NCBI GenBank assembly: GCA_045615265.1
Contig: JAZLEL010000107.1
Location: 1 to 40,866, forward strand
Source: Clostridia bacterium
GTDB lineage: Bacteria; Bacillota; Clostridia; UMGS1883
DNA length: 40,866 bases
Direction: 5' to 3'
Below the pieces are notes generated by a model that was given only the letters and a program-made list of their open reading frames with translations, did no database searches and had not been told where the DNA came from. This document shows, piece by piece, positions 17,499-28,272 of this stretch. The position numbers and the translations under genes were made by a program. Each line of letters starts with the position of its first letter. Positions within the stretch are counted from its first letter, which is position 1.

Positions 17499-18722
17499 AT
17501 GTTTAAAATAATAGAAGGCGGCATTTGTGCTCCTAAAGGATTTTCTGCAAATGGTATACATTGCGGAGTACGTAAAAATCGTACAAAGCGTGATATTGCA
17601 CTTATTTTAAGTGAAGCACCCTGTGCTGCTGCTGCGACATATACAACAAACTTAGTTAAGGGTGCTCCTCTTACAGTTACAAAAAACAATATTGCAAACG
17701 GTTATGCACAGGCGGTTATCTGCAACAGCGGTAATGCAAACACCTGTAACGCAGATGGTATAGAGGTTGCACAGAAGATGTGTGCTCTTGTTGCTGAAGA
17801 AATTGGCATTGATAAAAATGACGTTATCGTAGCATCGACAGGCGTCATCGGTCAGCCGCTTAATATTGAGCCTATAAAAGAAGGTCTTCCCGAGCTTGTA
17901 AAGGGACTTGGTAGCGATGCTTTGCACAGCAGCTATGCATCAGAAGCAATTCTTACAACTGACCTTGTTGAAAAGGAGATTGCAATAAGCTTCACCCTTG
18001 GCGGAAAAGAATGCAGGATTGCAGGAATTGCAAAGGGAAGCGGTATGATTCATCCCAATATGGCAACAATGCTGGTATTTATTACAACGGATGTCGCAAT
18101 CTCTCCCGAAATGCTCCAGAAAGCACTTTCAACGGATATAAAAAACACTTTCAATATGATAAGTATTGACGGAGATACATCTACAAATGATATGGTAAGT
18201 GTTATGGCAAACGGACTTGCAGGAAATACTATGATTGAGTCTGAGGGCGAGGATTTTGAGATTTTTGCAAAAGCACTTAATACAGTTACAATCCATCTTT
18301 GCAAAATGATTGCAGGCGATGGTGAGGGTGCGACAAAGCTTCTTGAATGTACGGTAAGCGGTGCAAAGGACGAAAAGTGTGCAAAAGCAGTTGCAAAATC
18401 CGTTATCTGCTCTTCCCTGCTTAAGGCGGCGATGTTCGGTGCCGATGCAAACTGGGGCAGAGTGCTTTGTGCAATAGGTTACAGCGGTGTCCAGGTAGAC
18501 GTTAATAAGATTGACGTATCCTTTTCTTCAAAGGAAGGAACAATCGCAGTTTGTAAAAACGGAGCAGGTGTCGATTTTTCTGAAGAAATTGCAAAGAAAA
18601 TATTGCTTGAAAAGGAAATTAATATTATAATAGAACTTAATTACGGTAATTCATCCGCTACTGCTTGGGGATGTGACTTAACCTACGATTACGTTAAGAT
18701 AAACGGCGATTACAGAACCTGA
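17499..18722 (+). CDS. argJ: Glutamate N-acetyltransferase (ornithine acetyltransferase)
   Basis: NSGNANTC, STGVIG, KGSGMIHPNMATML, DGDTSTND, DGEGATK. Confidence 0.96.
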   Translation: MFKIIEGGICAPKGFSANGIHCGVRKNRTKRDIALILSEAPCAAAATYTTNLVKGAPLTVTKNNIANGYAQAVICNSGNANTCNADGIEVAQKMCALVAEEIGIDKNDVIVASTGVIGQPLNIEPIKEGLPELVKGLGSDALHSSYASEAILTTDLVEKEIAISFTLGGKECRIAGIAKGSGMIHPNMATMLVFITTDVAISPEMLQKALSTDIKNTFNMISIDGDTSTNDMVSVMANGLAGNTMIESEGEDFEIFAKALNTVTIHLCKMIAGDGEGATKLLECTVSGAKDEKCAKAVAKSVICSSLLKAAMFGADANWGRVLCAIGYSGVQVDVNKIDVSFSSKEGTIAVCKNGAGVDFSEEIAKKILLEKEINIIIELNYGNSSATAWGCDLTYDYVKINGDYRT

Positions 18723-18768
18723 TACTGTGACAACGAAAAATTTCAAGACACAAGTTGGAGGAAATAAG

Positions 18769-19623
18769 ATGACAAATGCGCAAAGAGCTGAGGTTTTAAC
18801 TCAGGCACTTCCTTACATACAGAAATATACAGATAAAATCATCGTTGTTAAATACGGCGGAAACGCTATGATTAATGACGAGCTTAAGGATGCCGTTATG
18901 GGTGATATAGTTCTTCTCTCCCTTATTGGTATTAAGGTTGTTCTTGTTCACGGCGGTGGTCCCGAAATCACGCAGATGCTTAAGGCTGTGGGAAAAGAGT
19001 CAAAGTTCGTAAACGGACTTCGTGTTACAGATAAGGAAACTGTTGACATTGTACAGATGGTACTTGCAGGTAAGGTTAACAAGAATCTCGTAAACCTTCT
19101 TCATCACAAGGGTGGCAAGGCTGTCGGCCTCTGCGGTATTGATGGTGGAATGATTGAAGCTGAGATGCTTAACCCAGAGCTTGGCTTTGTTGGCGAAATT
19201 ACAAATGTCAATGTTGAGCCTATTACTGACGTGCTTGAAAAAGGGTATATTCCCGTAATTTCCACAGTAGGCTGTGACAAAGAGGGTAATGTTTACAATA
19301 TCAACGCTGACACAGCCGCTTCCAAGATTGCAGGAATTTTAGGTGCTGAAAGTCTTATTTCAATGACAGATATCGAGGGTATTCTTCGTGATAAGGACGA
19401 CCCCTCTACTCTTATTTCCAAAATCGTTGTTGATGATGCACCCAAGCTTGTTGAGGAAGGTGTTATCTCCGGCGGTATGATTCCCAAGGTTGAGTGCTGT
19501 ATAGATGCAATCAACAGTGGCGTAAGAAAGGTATTTATAATAGATGGCAGAATCCCCCACTCCATACTTATCGAAACCCTTACTAATGAGGGTATCGGTA
19601 CTATGTTTGTTCGGGGTGAATAA
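18769..19623 (+). CDS. argB: Acetylglutamate kinase
   Basis: VVKYGGNAM, VHGGGPEI, NINADTAA, GGMIPK. RBS GGAGG. Confidence 0.96.
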   Translation: MTNAQRAEVLTQALPYIQKYTDKIIVVKYGGNAMINDELKDAVMGDIVLLSLIGIKVVLVHGGGPEITQMLKAVGKESKFVNGLRVTDKETVDIVQMVLAGKVNKNLVNLLHHKGGKAVGLCGIDGGMIEAEMLNPELGFVGEITNVNVEPITDVLEKGYIPVISTVGCDKEGNVYNINADTAASKIAGILGAESLISMTDIEGILRDKDDPSTLISKIVVDDAPKLVEEGVISGGMIPKVECCIDAINSGVRKVFIIDGRIPHSILIETLTNEGIGTMFVRGE

Positions 19624-19631
19624 ACTTATTT

Positions 19632-19663
19632 TTACGGTGCAGTACTTTTTGTACGCACCGTAA
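19632..19663 (+). other. Intergenic hairpin between argB and argD
   Basis: ttacggtgc...gcaccgtaa stem. Could be an internal terminator or a stability element. Confidence 0.55.
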
Positions 19664-19689
19664 TTTGGGATATATAAGGAGTTAATTTT

Positions 19690-20853
19690 ATGAACACATT
19701 TGAGAAAGATAAAAAATTCGTTTCCCCCACTTACGGCCGTTTCCCCGTGGAAATTACAGGCGGTAAGGGTGCAATTTTAAGGGGTAATGACGGTAAAGAA
19801 TATATTGACCTTGGAAGCGGTATTGCCGTAAATACATTCGGTGCGTGTGACAGTGAATGGGTAGATGCAGTAAAGGCACAGCTCGATAAATTTTCCCATA
19901 CATCAAACCTGTACTACACGTCCCCTTGTGCGGACCTTGCCGAGATGCTTTGCGAAAGAACGGGAATGAAGAATGTGTTTTTCTCTAACTCTGGTGCGGA
20001 AGCAAACGAATGTGCCATAAAGGTTGCACGCAGATACGGCGCTCTCAACAAGGGCAGTGATTATTATACAATAGTAACACTTGAAAAGAGCTTTCACGGA
20101 AGAACACATACAACTCTTGCTGCAACAGGGCAGGAAAATTTTCATAAGGAATTTCTTCCGCTGACAGAGGGCTTTGTACACGCAACGCCCAATGATATTG
20201 TTTCACTTAACGAAGCAGTTAAGAACAACAAATGTTGTGGAATAATGATTGAAATTGTTCAGGGCGAGGGCGGTGTAAATGCTCTTGATAAAGAATTTAT
20301 CGAAGAGGTTAACAGACTTTGCAAGGAAAATGACCTTGTACTGATTGTTGACGAGGTACAAACAGGAAACGGCAGAACAGGTAAGCTTTACGCATATATG
20401 CACTACGGTATTGAGCCTGATGTTATTTCAACTGCAAAAGGACTTGCTGGCGGTCTTCCCTTAGGTGCAACAATGCTGGGCGAAAAGGTTAAGGATATCT
20501 TTGAACCGGGACTTAACGGCTCCACCTTCGGCGGAAACCCCGTTTGCTGCAGCGGTGCGATAAATGTACTTTCAAGACTTACTGATGAATTTTTGGATGA
20601 GGTTACAAAGAAAGCTAATCTTATCCGTGAAACACTCTCGGGTGCAGAGGGTATTGAAAGCATCTCGGGTCTTGGACTGATGATAGGTATTAAAACAACC
20701 AAAGAAGCAAAGGAAGTTGTAAACTACTGTATTGAAAAGGGAGTGTTGGTACTTACCGCAAAAGACAAGGTAAGGCTTCTTCCCCCGCTTAACATAGAAA
20801 CCAACGAGCTTGTAAAAGCTCTTGACATAATTAAGGAGGCATGTAAATTATGA
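19690..20853 (+). CDS. argD: Acetylornithine aminotransferase
   Basis: NSGAEANE, SFHGRT, DEVQTG, AKGLAGG, STFGGNP, in arg operon context. Confidence 0.94.
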   Translation: MNTFEKDKKFVSPTYGRFPVEITGGKGAILRGNDGKEYIDLGSGIAVNTFGACDSEWVDAVKAQLDKFSHTSNLYYTSPCADLAEMLCERTGMKNVFFSNSGAEANECAIKVARRYGALNKGSDYYTIVTLEKSFHGRTHTTLAATGQENFHKEFLPLTEGFVHATPNDIVSLNEAVKNNKCCGIMIEIVQGEGGVNALDKEFIEEVNRLCKENDLVLIVDEVQTGNGRTGKLYAYMHYGIEPDVISTAKGLAGGLPLGATMLGEKVKDIFEPGLNGSTFGGNPVCCSGAINVLSRLTDEFLDEVTKKANLIRETLSGAEGIESISGLGLMIGIKTTKEAKEVVNYCIEKGVLVLTAKDKVRLLPPLNIETNELVKALDIIKEACKL

Positions 20854-21752
20854 AACACTTACTAAAACTCGGTGACCTTTCCAAGGAAGAGATTGTAGAA
20901 ATTCTCGACCTTGCGGATAAGCTGAAATATGAAAAGAGAAATGGTATTGAGCACCATCTCTTAAAGGGTAAGACTCTGGGTATGATTTTCCAGAAGTCTT
21001 CCACAAGAACAAGAGTATCTTTCGAGGTTGGTATATTTGACCTTGGCGGCAGTGCTCTTTTCTTAAGTCCCCGTGACTTGCAGATTGGCCGTGGCGAAGT
21101 TATTGAGGACACTGCAAGGGTTCTTTCCAGATTCTTAGACGGTATTATGATTCGTACCTTCGAGCAGAAAGAGGTTGAGGATCTGGCTGAGTTTGGAAAT
21201 ATCCCGATTATTAATGGTCTTACAGACTATTGTCATCCCTGTCAGGTTCTTGCAGACCTTATGACAATCCGTGAAAAGAAAGGTAAGCTTGAAGGGCTTA
21301 AGATGTGCTTCGTGGGTGACGGAAACAATATGGCAAACTCACTTATTGTCGGCGGTATCAAGATGGGCATGGAAGTTTCCATTGCCTGCCCCAAGGGTTA
21401 TGAACCTGATGCCGACATTATGAAGTGGGCATATGAAACAGGAAAATTCACCTGCACTCCAGATATTAAAGAGGCGGCTACCGGTGCAGATGTTCTTTAT
21501 ACAGATGTATGGGCATCTATGGGGCAGGAAGACGAATCCCAGGCGAGAGCAAAAATCTTTAAGGATTATCAGATTAACTCCGAGCTTATGAAGGTTGCAA
21601 ACGACGGTGCAATGGTACTCCATTGTCTTCCCGCACATCGTGGAGAAGAAATCACCGCTGAGATAATCGAACAGCACGCAGATGAAATTTTTGAAGAGGC
21701 GGAAAACAGACTCCACGCACAAAAGGCTGTTATGGTTAAGCTTATGGCTTAA
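20850..21752 (+). CDS. argF: Ornithine carbamoyltransferase
   Basis: SSTRTR, HPCQ, DVWASMG, HCLP. Confidence 0.96.
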   Translation: MKHLLKLGDLSKEEIVEILDLADKLKYEKRNGIEHHLLKGKTLGMIFQKSSTRTRVSFEVGIFDLGGSALFLSPRDLQIGRGEVIEDTARVLSRFLDGIMIRTFEQKEVEDLAEFGNIPIINGLTDYCHPCQVLADLMTIREKKGKLEGLKMCFVGDGNNMANSLIVGGIKMGMEVSIACPKGYEPDADIMKWAYETGKFTCTPDIKEAATGADVLYTDVWASMGQEDESQARAKIFKDYQINSELMKVANDGAMVLHCLPAHRGEEITAEIIEQHADEIFEEAENRLHAQKAVMVKLMA

Positions 21753-21811
21753 GCCCCACATAATTCGTATTTACAATTTTACTATACTACAATTCAGAAA
21801 GGCATGGTTAT

Positions 21812-22864
21812 ATGAAAGCATATTTGATTCTGGAAAACGGAAAAGTTTTCTGTGGTGAAAGCTTCGGCGCAGTAACAGAAGAAACCGGCGAAATCGTTTT
21901 TTCCACATCTATGGGAAGCTACATTGAAGCTCTTACAGATCCTTGCTACTACGGACAGATTCTTGTTCAGACGTATCCCCTTATCGGTAACTACGGTATG
22001 ATTTATTCCGATATGGAAAGTGAGAAGGTTCATTTGAAGGGTTACATCGTTCGTGAAATCTGCGATATGCCCTCAAACTTCCGCTGCGAAGGAACACTGG
22101 ATAATTTCCTCAAGGAACAGGGAATTATGGGTATATGCGGAATCGACACAAGAGAAATCACCAAGATTATCCGTGAAGAGGGTACAATGACCGCACGCAT
22201 CACTACAAAAGAACCTGACGGTGCAAAGTTTACAGCTTTTGATACAAAGGATGCAGTTTCAATTGTCAGCACCAAGGAAAAATATACAGTGGGTGACGGC
22301 GATGCAAAAATTGCTCTCCTTGATTTAGGAAGCACAAAGAGTGCCGTTAAGACACTTGCCGATAAGGGTGCAACAGTTACTGTTCTCCCCTGCAATACAA
22401 AAGCGGACGAGCTTCTCTCCTATGATGCGATTTACCTTTCTGACGGTCCCGGAAATCCTGAGGATATGACAGATGAGGTAAATGTTATAAAGGAAGTATT
22501 CGGTAAAAAGCCCATCTTTGCAACGGGGCTTGGTCATCAGCTTCTTGCTATGGCAAATGGTGCAAAGATAGAAAAGCTTACCTACGGACACAGAGGTGCA
22601 AACCAGCCTGTTAAGCAGATCGAAACAGGGCGTGTTTATATAACAAGCCAGAATCATAGCTATGCAGTAGTAACAGATTCACTTCCTGAAGGTGCAACAG
22701 TTACTTACGAAAACCTTAACGACAAGAGTTGTGAGGGTATTGAATACAATGGAAAGAATGCCATTTCAATTCAGTTCCGCCCTATTCCGGGTGACGGACC
22801 TAACGAAACAAACTTTCTGTATAACAAATTTTTTGAAATGATTGGAGGAAACAAGAATGCCTAA
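21812..22864 (+). CDS. carA: Carbamoyl-phosphate synthase small subunit (glutaminase triad degenerate)
   Basis: GEIVF, TDP, YPLIGNYG, GHRGANQPV and SQNH are present, but FATGLGHQ and QFRPI replace GICLGHQ and QFHPE. Confidence 0.93.
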   Translation: MKAYLILENGKVFCGESFGAVTEETGEIVFSTSMGSYIEALTDPCYYGQILVQTYPLIGNYGMIYSDMESEKVHLKGYIVREICDMPSNFRCEGTLDNFLKEQGIMGICGIDTREITKIIREEGTMTARITTKEPDGAKFTAFDTKDAVSIVSTKEKYTVGDGDAKIALLDLGSTKSAVKTLADKGATVTVLPCNTKADELLSYDAIYLSDGPGNPEDMTDEVNVIKEVFGKKPIFATGLGHQLLAMANGAKIEKLTYGHRGANQPVKQIETGRVYITSQNHSYAVVTDSLPEGATVTYENLNDKSCEGIEYNGKNAISIQFRPIPGDGPNETNFLYNKFFEMIGGNKNA

Positions 22865-25800
22865 GAATAAAGACATCAAAAAGGTACTCGTTATCGGTTC
22901 CGGACCTATTGTTATCGGTCAGGCTGCAGAGTTCGACTACGCAGGCGCTCAGGCTTGCCGTGTCCTCCGTGATGAGGGCGTTAACATCGTTCTTGTAAAC
23001 TCTAACCCTGCTACAATTATGACAGACAAGGCTCTTGCAGATGAAATTTATCTTGAGCCTCTTACTGCAGATACAATAAAGAGAATTATTGAAAAGGAAA
23101 GACCCGACAGTCTCCTTGCTTCCCTTGGCGGACAGACAGGTCTTACCATCGCAATGCAGCTTGACAAGGAAGGCTACCTTGACAAAATGGGCGTTAAGCT
23201 TATCGGTACAAATGCTGAAGCTATTGACCGTGCAGAAGACCGTGAGCTTTTCAAAGAAGCAATGCTCAAAATCGGACAGGGTTGTATCCCATCCGACATT
23301 GCTACAACAGTTGATGAATGTCTTAGCATTGCAGAAAAAATTGGCTATCCCGTAATCGTTCGTCCTGCTTTCACACTCGGCGGTGCAGGCGGCGGTGTTG
23401 CATACGATGCCGACACACTTGCTAAAATTGCAAACAACGGTCTTACACTCTCCCCCATAACTCAGGTACTTATTGAAAAGTACATCTACGGCTGGAAAGA
23501 AGTAGAATTTGAGGTTATGCGCGACCATGCAGGTAATGCAATCACCATCTGCAGCATGGAAAACGTTGACCCCGTTGGTATTCATACAGGTGACAGTATA
23601 GTTGTTGCTCCTGCGGCAACTCTTTCAGATAAAGAATATTCAATGCTACGCAAGGCGGCTCTTGATATTATTACAGAGCTTAAGATTGAGGGTGGCTGTA
23701 ACTGTCAGTTCGCTCTTAACCCCGACAGCTTTGAATATGCAGTAATCGAGGTTAACCCACGTGTTTCACGTTCTTCTGCCCTTGCAAGTAAGGCAACTGG
23801 TTACCCCATTGCAAAGGTTACTACAAAGATTGCTCTCGGTTACACACTTGACGAAATCAAAAACGATGTTACAGGCGTAACATACGCTTGCTTCGAGCCT
23901 GCAGTTGACTATATGGTAGTTAAGTTCCCCAAATGGCCCTTTGATAAGTTTGTGTATGCTGACAGAAAACTCGGCACACAGATGAAGGCTACCGGTGAGG
24001 TTATGTCTATCGGCAACTCCTTTGAATCAGCACTTATGAAGGCTGTAAGAGGTGCAGAGCTTAAGACAGAAACTCTCCAGCACAAGGAAGTTCAGGCTAT
24101 TGAAGATATTGAAAAGAAGCTTTATGACCTTGACGACCTTAGAATTTTTACAGTTTATGAAGCATTGGTTAGAGGAATTACAATTGACAGAATTAACGAA
24201 ATCACAAAGATTGACAAGTGGTTCCTTTCCAAGATTAAAAACATTGTTGACTATGAAAAGAGCATCCGCGGAAACCTTACTCCCGAGCTTTATGAAAAGG
24301 GTAAAAAGCTTGGTTTTACGGACAAAGCTCTTGAGGAAATCAGCGGTTGCAAGTGCCCCGCACATAAAAACTGTGTTTACAAAATGGTTGATACCTGCGG
24401 CGGCGAGTTTAAGGCAAAGACTCCTTATTTCTACTCAACATATGACGAGAACTGCGAAGCAAGAGCAGTTACTACCAATAATAAGAAGGTTATTGTTCTC
24501 GGCTCCGGTCCTATAAGAATTGGTCAGGGTATCGAATTTGACTATTCCTCCGTTCATTGTGTATGGGCTCTTAAGGAAATGGGCTATGAGGTTATTATCA
24601 TTAACAACAACCCCGAAACAGTTTCCACCGACTTTGACACGGCTGACAGGTTGTATTTCGAGCCTCTCACTCCCGAAGACGTAATGAATGTTATTGAGGT
24701 TGAAAAACCCGAAGGCGTTGTTGTTGCATTCGGCGGTCAGACGGCAATCAAGCTTGTTAAGTTCCTTGATGAAAACGGAATTAAAATCCTCGGTACATCT
24801 GCAAAGAGTATCGATATGGCAGAAGACCGCGAACAGTTCGATGCACTCCTTGAAAAGTTTGGTATCAGAAGACCTAAGGGACTTACTGTTATGACTCGTG
24901 ATGAAGCACTCAATGCAGCAGAAACCCTTGGTTATCCAGTACTTCTCCGTCCCTCCTATGTAATCGGCGGTCAGAATATGACAATTGCTTACAAGGAAGA
25001 GGATGTTGAGCGTTATATGGATATCATTCTTTCACAGAAGATTGATAACCCCGTTCTTGTTGACAAATATATGATGGGTAAAGAGCTTGAAGTTGATGTA
25101 ATAAGTGACGGAAAAGACGTTCTTATCCCCGGTATCATGGAACACGTTGAGCGTGCCGGTGTTCACAGCGGTGACTCCATTGCGGTATATCCGCCTTTCA
25201 ATATAACAGATAAGATGCTTGACAAAATTGTAGATTGTTCAATCAAGCTTGCTCTTTCTCTTAAGACACAGGGACTTATTAACATTCAGTATCTCGTTTA
25301 TGAAAATGAGTTGTATGTAATCGAAGTTAACCCCAGAGCATCAAGAACAGTTCCATATATCAGCAAGGTTACAGGCATTCCTATGGTTGACCTTGCGACA
25401 CAGGTAATGCAGGGTACTCCCCTCCTTGACCTCGGCTTTGGAAGCGGTCTTTACAAGATGCCCCCGTATTATGCAGTTAAGGTTCCCGTGTTCTCATTCG
25501 AGAAGCTTTCAGGTATCAACTCAATATTAGGACCTGAAATGAAGTCCACAGGCGAAGTTCTCGGTATCGGTAAGACTCTTAACGAGGCACTTTACAAGGG
25601 ACTTGTTTCTGCCGGCTTTAACCTTGAAAGCCGTGGCGGAGTATACATCAGCGTTGACTCCAAGGATAAGTATGACCTTATCGAGCTTGCTAAGAAATTA
25701 TCTGATGCAGGACTTCAGATCTATGCAGATGAAAAGAATGCAATTATCATTGATTCTCTCGGTATTCCCGTTGAAACAGTTGAGGGCGAAAAAATTTACT

Positions 25801-26861
25801 CACTCCTTGAAAGTGAAAAGATTGGTTATATCATTCATACCAATTCCGGTCGTCCCAAGGAAATTGAAAAGTTTATCAGACTTCACCGCAGAGCACTGCA
25901 GCTCAGCATCGCTTGTCTTACATCTCTTGATACTGCAAATGCGTTGGCAGACATTCTCTTAAGCCGTTTCAACCAGTACAATACAGAGCTTACAGACATT
26001 GCAAAGCTTCGTACAGAAAAGCTTAGTATTCCTTTCATCAAGATGGAAGGCACAGGCGATGACTATATATTCATCAATAACTTTGACGGAAGCATTAAAT
26101 TCCCCGAAGCACTTGCAATTGTATTTAGTGACCGTCACAGAGGTATCGGTGCAGACGGACTTGTTCTTATCGAAAAGTCCGAGGTTGCAGATGCTAAAAT
26201 GCGTATATTTAACACTGACGGAAGCGAAGGCAGAATGGCTGGTAACTCCATTCGTTGCGTAGGTAAATACCTTTGGGATAACGGCTATGTATCGCACCGC
26301 CATATCACAGTTGAAACTGCAAGCGGTGTAAGAAAGCTGACACTTCATCTCTTTGACAAGAAAGTTACAAGCGTAACAGTCCAAATGGGTAATGCACAGT
26401 TTAGTCCTGCTGCTATCCCGGTGGATATGCCAGGCGACAAGATTGTAAATGAAACCGTTACAATCGGCGGAAAGAAATATGACATTACTTGTCTTTCAAT
26501 TGGTAATCCTCATTGTGTTGTCATCTGTGATAATGTATATAACATAGATATTCCCACAATCGGTCCCCGTTTTGAAAACGCACCTATCTTCCCCGAACGT
26601 ATCAATACAGAATTTGTTAAGATCATTGACAAACGTACAATCAGAATGCGTGTATGGGAACGTGGTAACGGCGAAACACCTGCTTGCGGTACCGGTGCTT
26701 GTGCAGCGGCTATTGCAGCAGTTGAAAATGGTTACTGCGAAAAGGATACCGACATCTCTGTAAGAGTTGAGGGTGGCGAGCTTATCGTACGCTACACTGA
26801 TGAAGGTGTATTCTTAACCGGCGATGCAGAAAAGGTATTCGAAGGCATCTACGAATATTAA
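22857..26861 (+). CDS. carB: Carbamoyl-phosphate synthase large subunit fused to a C-terminal diaminopimelate-epimerase-like domain
   Basis: GSGPIVIGQAAEFDY, EVNPRVSRSS and a second ATP-grasp half (EVNPRASRT). The last ~278 aa have DapF motifs: GIGADG, GNPH, NTEF, RVWERG, ETPACGTG. Confidence 0.95.
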   Translation: MPKNKDIKKVLVIGSGPIVIGQAAEFDYAGAQACRVLRDEGVNIVLVNSNPATIMTDKALADEIYLEPLTADTIKRIIEKERPDSLLASLGGQTGLTIAMQLDKEGYLDKMGVKLIGTNAEAIDRAEDRELFKEAMLKIGQGCIPSDIATTVDECLSIAEKIGYPVIVRPAFTLGGAGGGVAYDADTLAKIANNGLTLSPITQVLIEKYIYGWKEVEFEVMRDHAGNAITICSMENVDPVGIHTGDSIVVAPAATLSDKEYSMLRKAALDIITELKIEGGCNCQFALNPDSFEYAVIEVNPRVSRSSALASKATGYPIAKVTTKIALGYTLDEIKNDVTGVTYACFEPAVDYMVVKFPKWPFDKFVYADRKLGTQMKATGEVMSIGNSFESALMKAVRGAELKTETLQHKEVQAIEDIEKKLYDLDDLRIFTVYEALVRGITIDRINEITKIDKWFLSKIKNIVDYEKSIRGNLTPELYEKGKKLGFTDKALEEISGCKCPAHKNCVYKMVDTCGGEFKAKTPYFYSTYDENCEARAVTTNNKKVIVLGSGPIRIGQGIEFDYSSVHCVWALKEMGYEVIIINNNPETVSTDFDTADRLYFEPLTPEDVMNVIEVEKPEGVVVAFGGQTAIKLVKFLDENGIKILGTSAKSIDMAEDREQFDALLEKFGIRRPKGLTVMTRDEALNAAETLGYPVLLRPSYVIGGQNMTIAYKEEDVERYMDIILSQKIDNPVLVDKYMMGKELEVDVISDGKDVLIPGIMEHVERAGVHSGDSIAVYPPFNITDKMLDKIVDCSIKLALSLKTQGLINIQYLVYENELYVIEVNPRASRTVPYISKVTGIPMVDLATQVMQGTPLLDLGFGSGLYKMPPYYAVKVPVFSFEKLSGINSILGPEMKSTGEVLGIGKTLNEALYKGLVSAGFNLESRGGVYISVDSKDKYDLIELAKKLSDAGLQIYADEKNAIIIDSLGIPVETVEGEKIYSLLESEKIGYIIHTNSGRPKEIEKFIRLHRRALQLSIACLTSLDTANALADILLSRFNQYNTELTDIAKLRTEKLSIPFIKMEGTGDDYIFINNFDGSIKFPEALAIVFSDRHRGIGADGLVLIEKSEVADAKMRIFNTDGSEGRMAGNSIRCVGKYLWDNGYVSHRHITVETASGVRKLTLHLFDKKVTSVTVQMGNAQFSPAAIPVDMPGDKIVNETVTIGGKKYDITCLSIGNPHCVVICDNVYNIDIPTIGPRFENAPIFPERINTEFVKIIDKRTIRMRVWERGNGETPACGTGACAAAIAAVENGYCEKDTDISVRVEGGELIVRYTDEGVFLTGDAEKVFEGIYEY

Positions 26862-26879
26862 AAGTGAGTTGTTAAAAAG

Positions 26880-26922
26880 TGAATATTAGTGCATAAAATA
26901 TAGCTTTATGCACTAATATTCA
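26880..26922. repeat. Perfect 18-bp inverted repeat whose arms are ARG-box-like
   Basis: tgaatattagtgcataaa-atatagc-tttatgcactaatattca. Confidence 0.85.
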
Positions 26923-26930
26923 AAAATTTA

Positions 26931-26980
26931 TGAATTTTTATGCAAAAAAGCTTGCATAATTATACATTTAGTGTTATACT
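26931..26980 (+). promoter_or_regulatory. argGH promoter with tandem ARG boxes
   Basis: TGAATTTTTATGCA (26931) and TGCATAATTATACA (26953). TTGCAT-17 nt-TATACT with extended TG. Confidence 0.8.
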
Positions 26981-27022
26981 GATTTCAATGAAAGAAAGAT
27001 AACTGAAAAGGAGCTAATTAAA

Positions 27023-28249
27023 ATGGACAAAAAAGATATTAAAAAAGTAGTTCTCGCCTATTCCGGCGGACTTGACACATCAATTATTATTCCGTGGCTT
27101 AAGGAAAACTACAACAACTGTGAAGTTATTGCAGTTGCCGGTAATGTAGGTCAGAACGACGAGCTTGAAGGTCTTGAGGAAAAGGCTATAAAGACAGGTG
27201 CTTCAAAGCTTTATGTACTTGACCTTACTGAAGAATATGTAGATGATTTCATCATCCCCACAATGAAGGCAGGTGCAGTATACGAGGAATATCTTCTCGG
27301 TACAAGCCATGCACGTCCCTGTATTGCAAAAGGTCTTGCTGAAATTGCAATTAAGGAAAATGCAGATGCAGTATGCCATGGTTGCACAGGAAAGGGTAAT
27401 GACCAGGTTCGTTTCGAGCTTGCTCTTAAGCACTTCCTTCCCGGAATGCCCATTATCGCACCATGGAGAATCTGGGATATCAAATCCCGTGAAGAGGAAA
27501 TCGAATATGCAGAAGCACACAATGTTCCTCTTAAGATAAACCGTGAAACAAACTACTCAAAGGATAAGAACCTCTGGCACCTCAGCCACGAAGGTCTTGA
27601 CCTTGAAGATACAGGTAATGAGCCTCAGTACGAGAAGCCCGGTTTCCTTGAAATGGGCGTATCTCCCATTATGGCTCCCGACGAACCCACATATATTACA
27701 CTTGACTTTGAAAAGGGTATCCCCGTAGCTTTCAATGATAAGAAGATGAGTGCAAAGGAAATTATCCTTGCCCTTAACGAAGTTGGCGGAAAGAACGGTA
27801 TCGGTCTTTTGGACATCGTTGAAAACCGTCTTGTAGGTATGAAGTGCCGTGGCGTATATGAAACTCCCGGTGGTGCAATCCTTTACAAGGCTCACAGCGT
27901 ACTTGAGTCAATCTGTCTTGACAAGATGACTCTTCACGAAAAGCAGAAGCTTTCTATCACCTTTGCAGAGCTTGTTTACAATGGTCAGTGGTTTACACCT
28001 CTTCGTGAGGCACTCAGTGCATTCGTTGACAAGACTCAGGAAAAGGTTACAGGTAAAGTAAGACTTAAGCTTTACAAGGGCAATATGATTAACGCAGGTG
28101 TATGGAGCGATTACTCTCTCTACTCCGAGGAAATCGCAACATTTGGTGAAAGCGACTACAACCAACAGGATGCTGAAGGCTTCATAAACCTCTTTGGTCT
28201 TCCTGTTACTGTACAGGCAATGGTTGATGCTCAGAATAAGAATAAATAA
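27023..28249 (+). CDS. argG: Argininosuccinate synthase
   Basis: [36 protein letters not shown]. Confidence 0.97.
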   Translation: MDKKDIKKVVLAYSGGLDTSIIIPWLKENYNNCEVIAVAGNVGQNDELEGLEEKAIKTGASKLYVLDLTEEYVDDFIIPTMKAGAVYEEYLLGTSHARPCIAKGLAEIAIKENADAVCHGCTGKGNDQVRFELALKHFLPGMPIIAPWRIWDIKSREEEIEYAEAHNVPLKINRETNYSKDKNLWHLSHEGLDLEDTGNEPQYEKPGFLEMGVSPIMAPDEPTYITLDFEKGIPVAFNDKKMSAKEIILALNEVGGKNGIGLLDIVENRLVGMKCRGVYETPGGAILYKAHSVLESICLDKMTLHEKQKLSITFAELVYNGQWFTPLREALSAFVDKTQEKVTGKVRLKLYKGNMINAGVWSDYSLYSEEIATFGESDYNQQDAEGFINLFGLPVTVQAMVDAQNKNK

Positions 28250-28272
28250 TTCTTTGAAAAACTAAAATTTGT

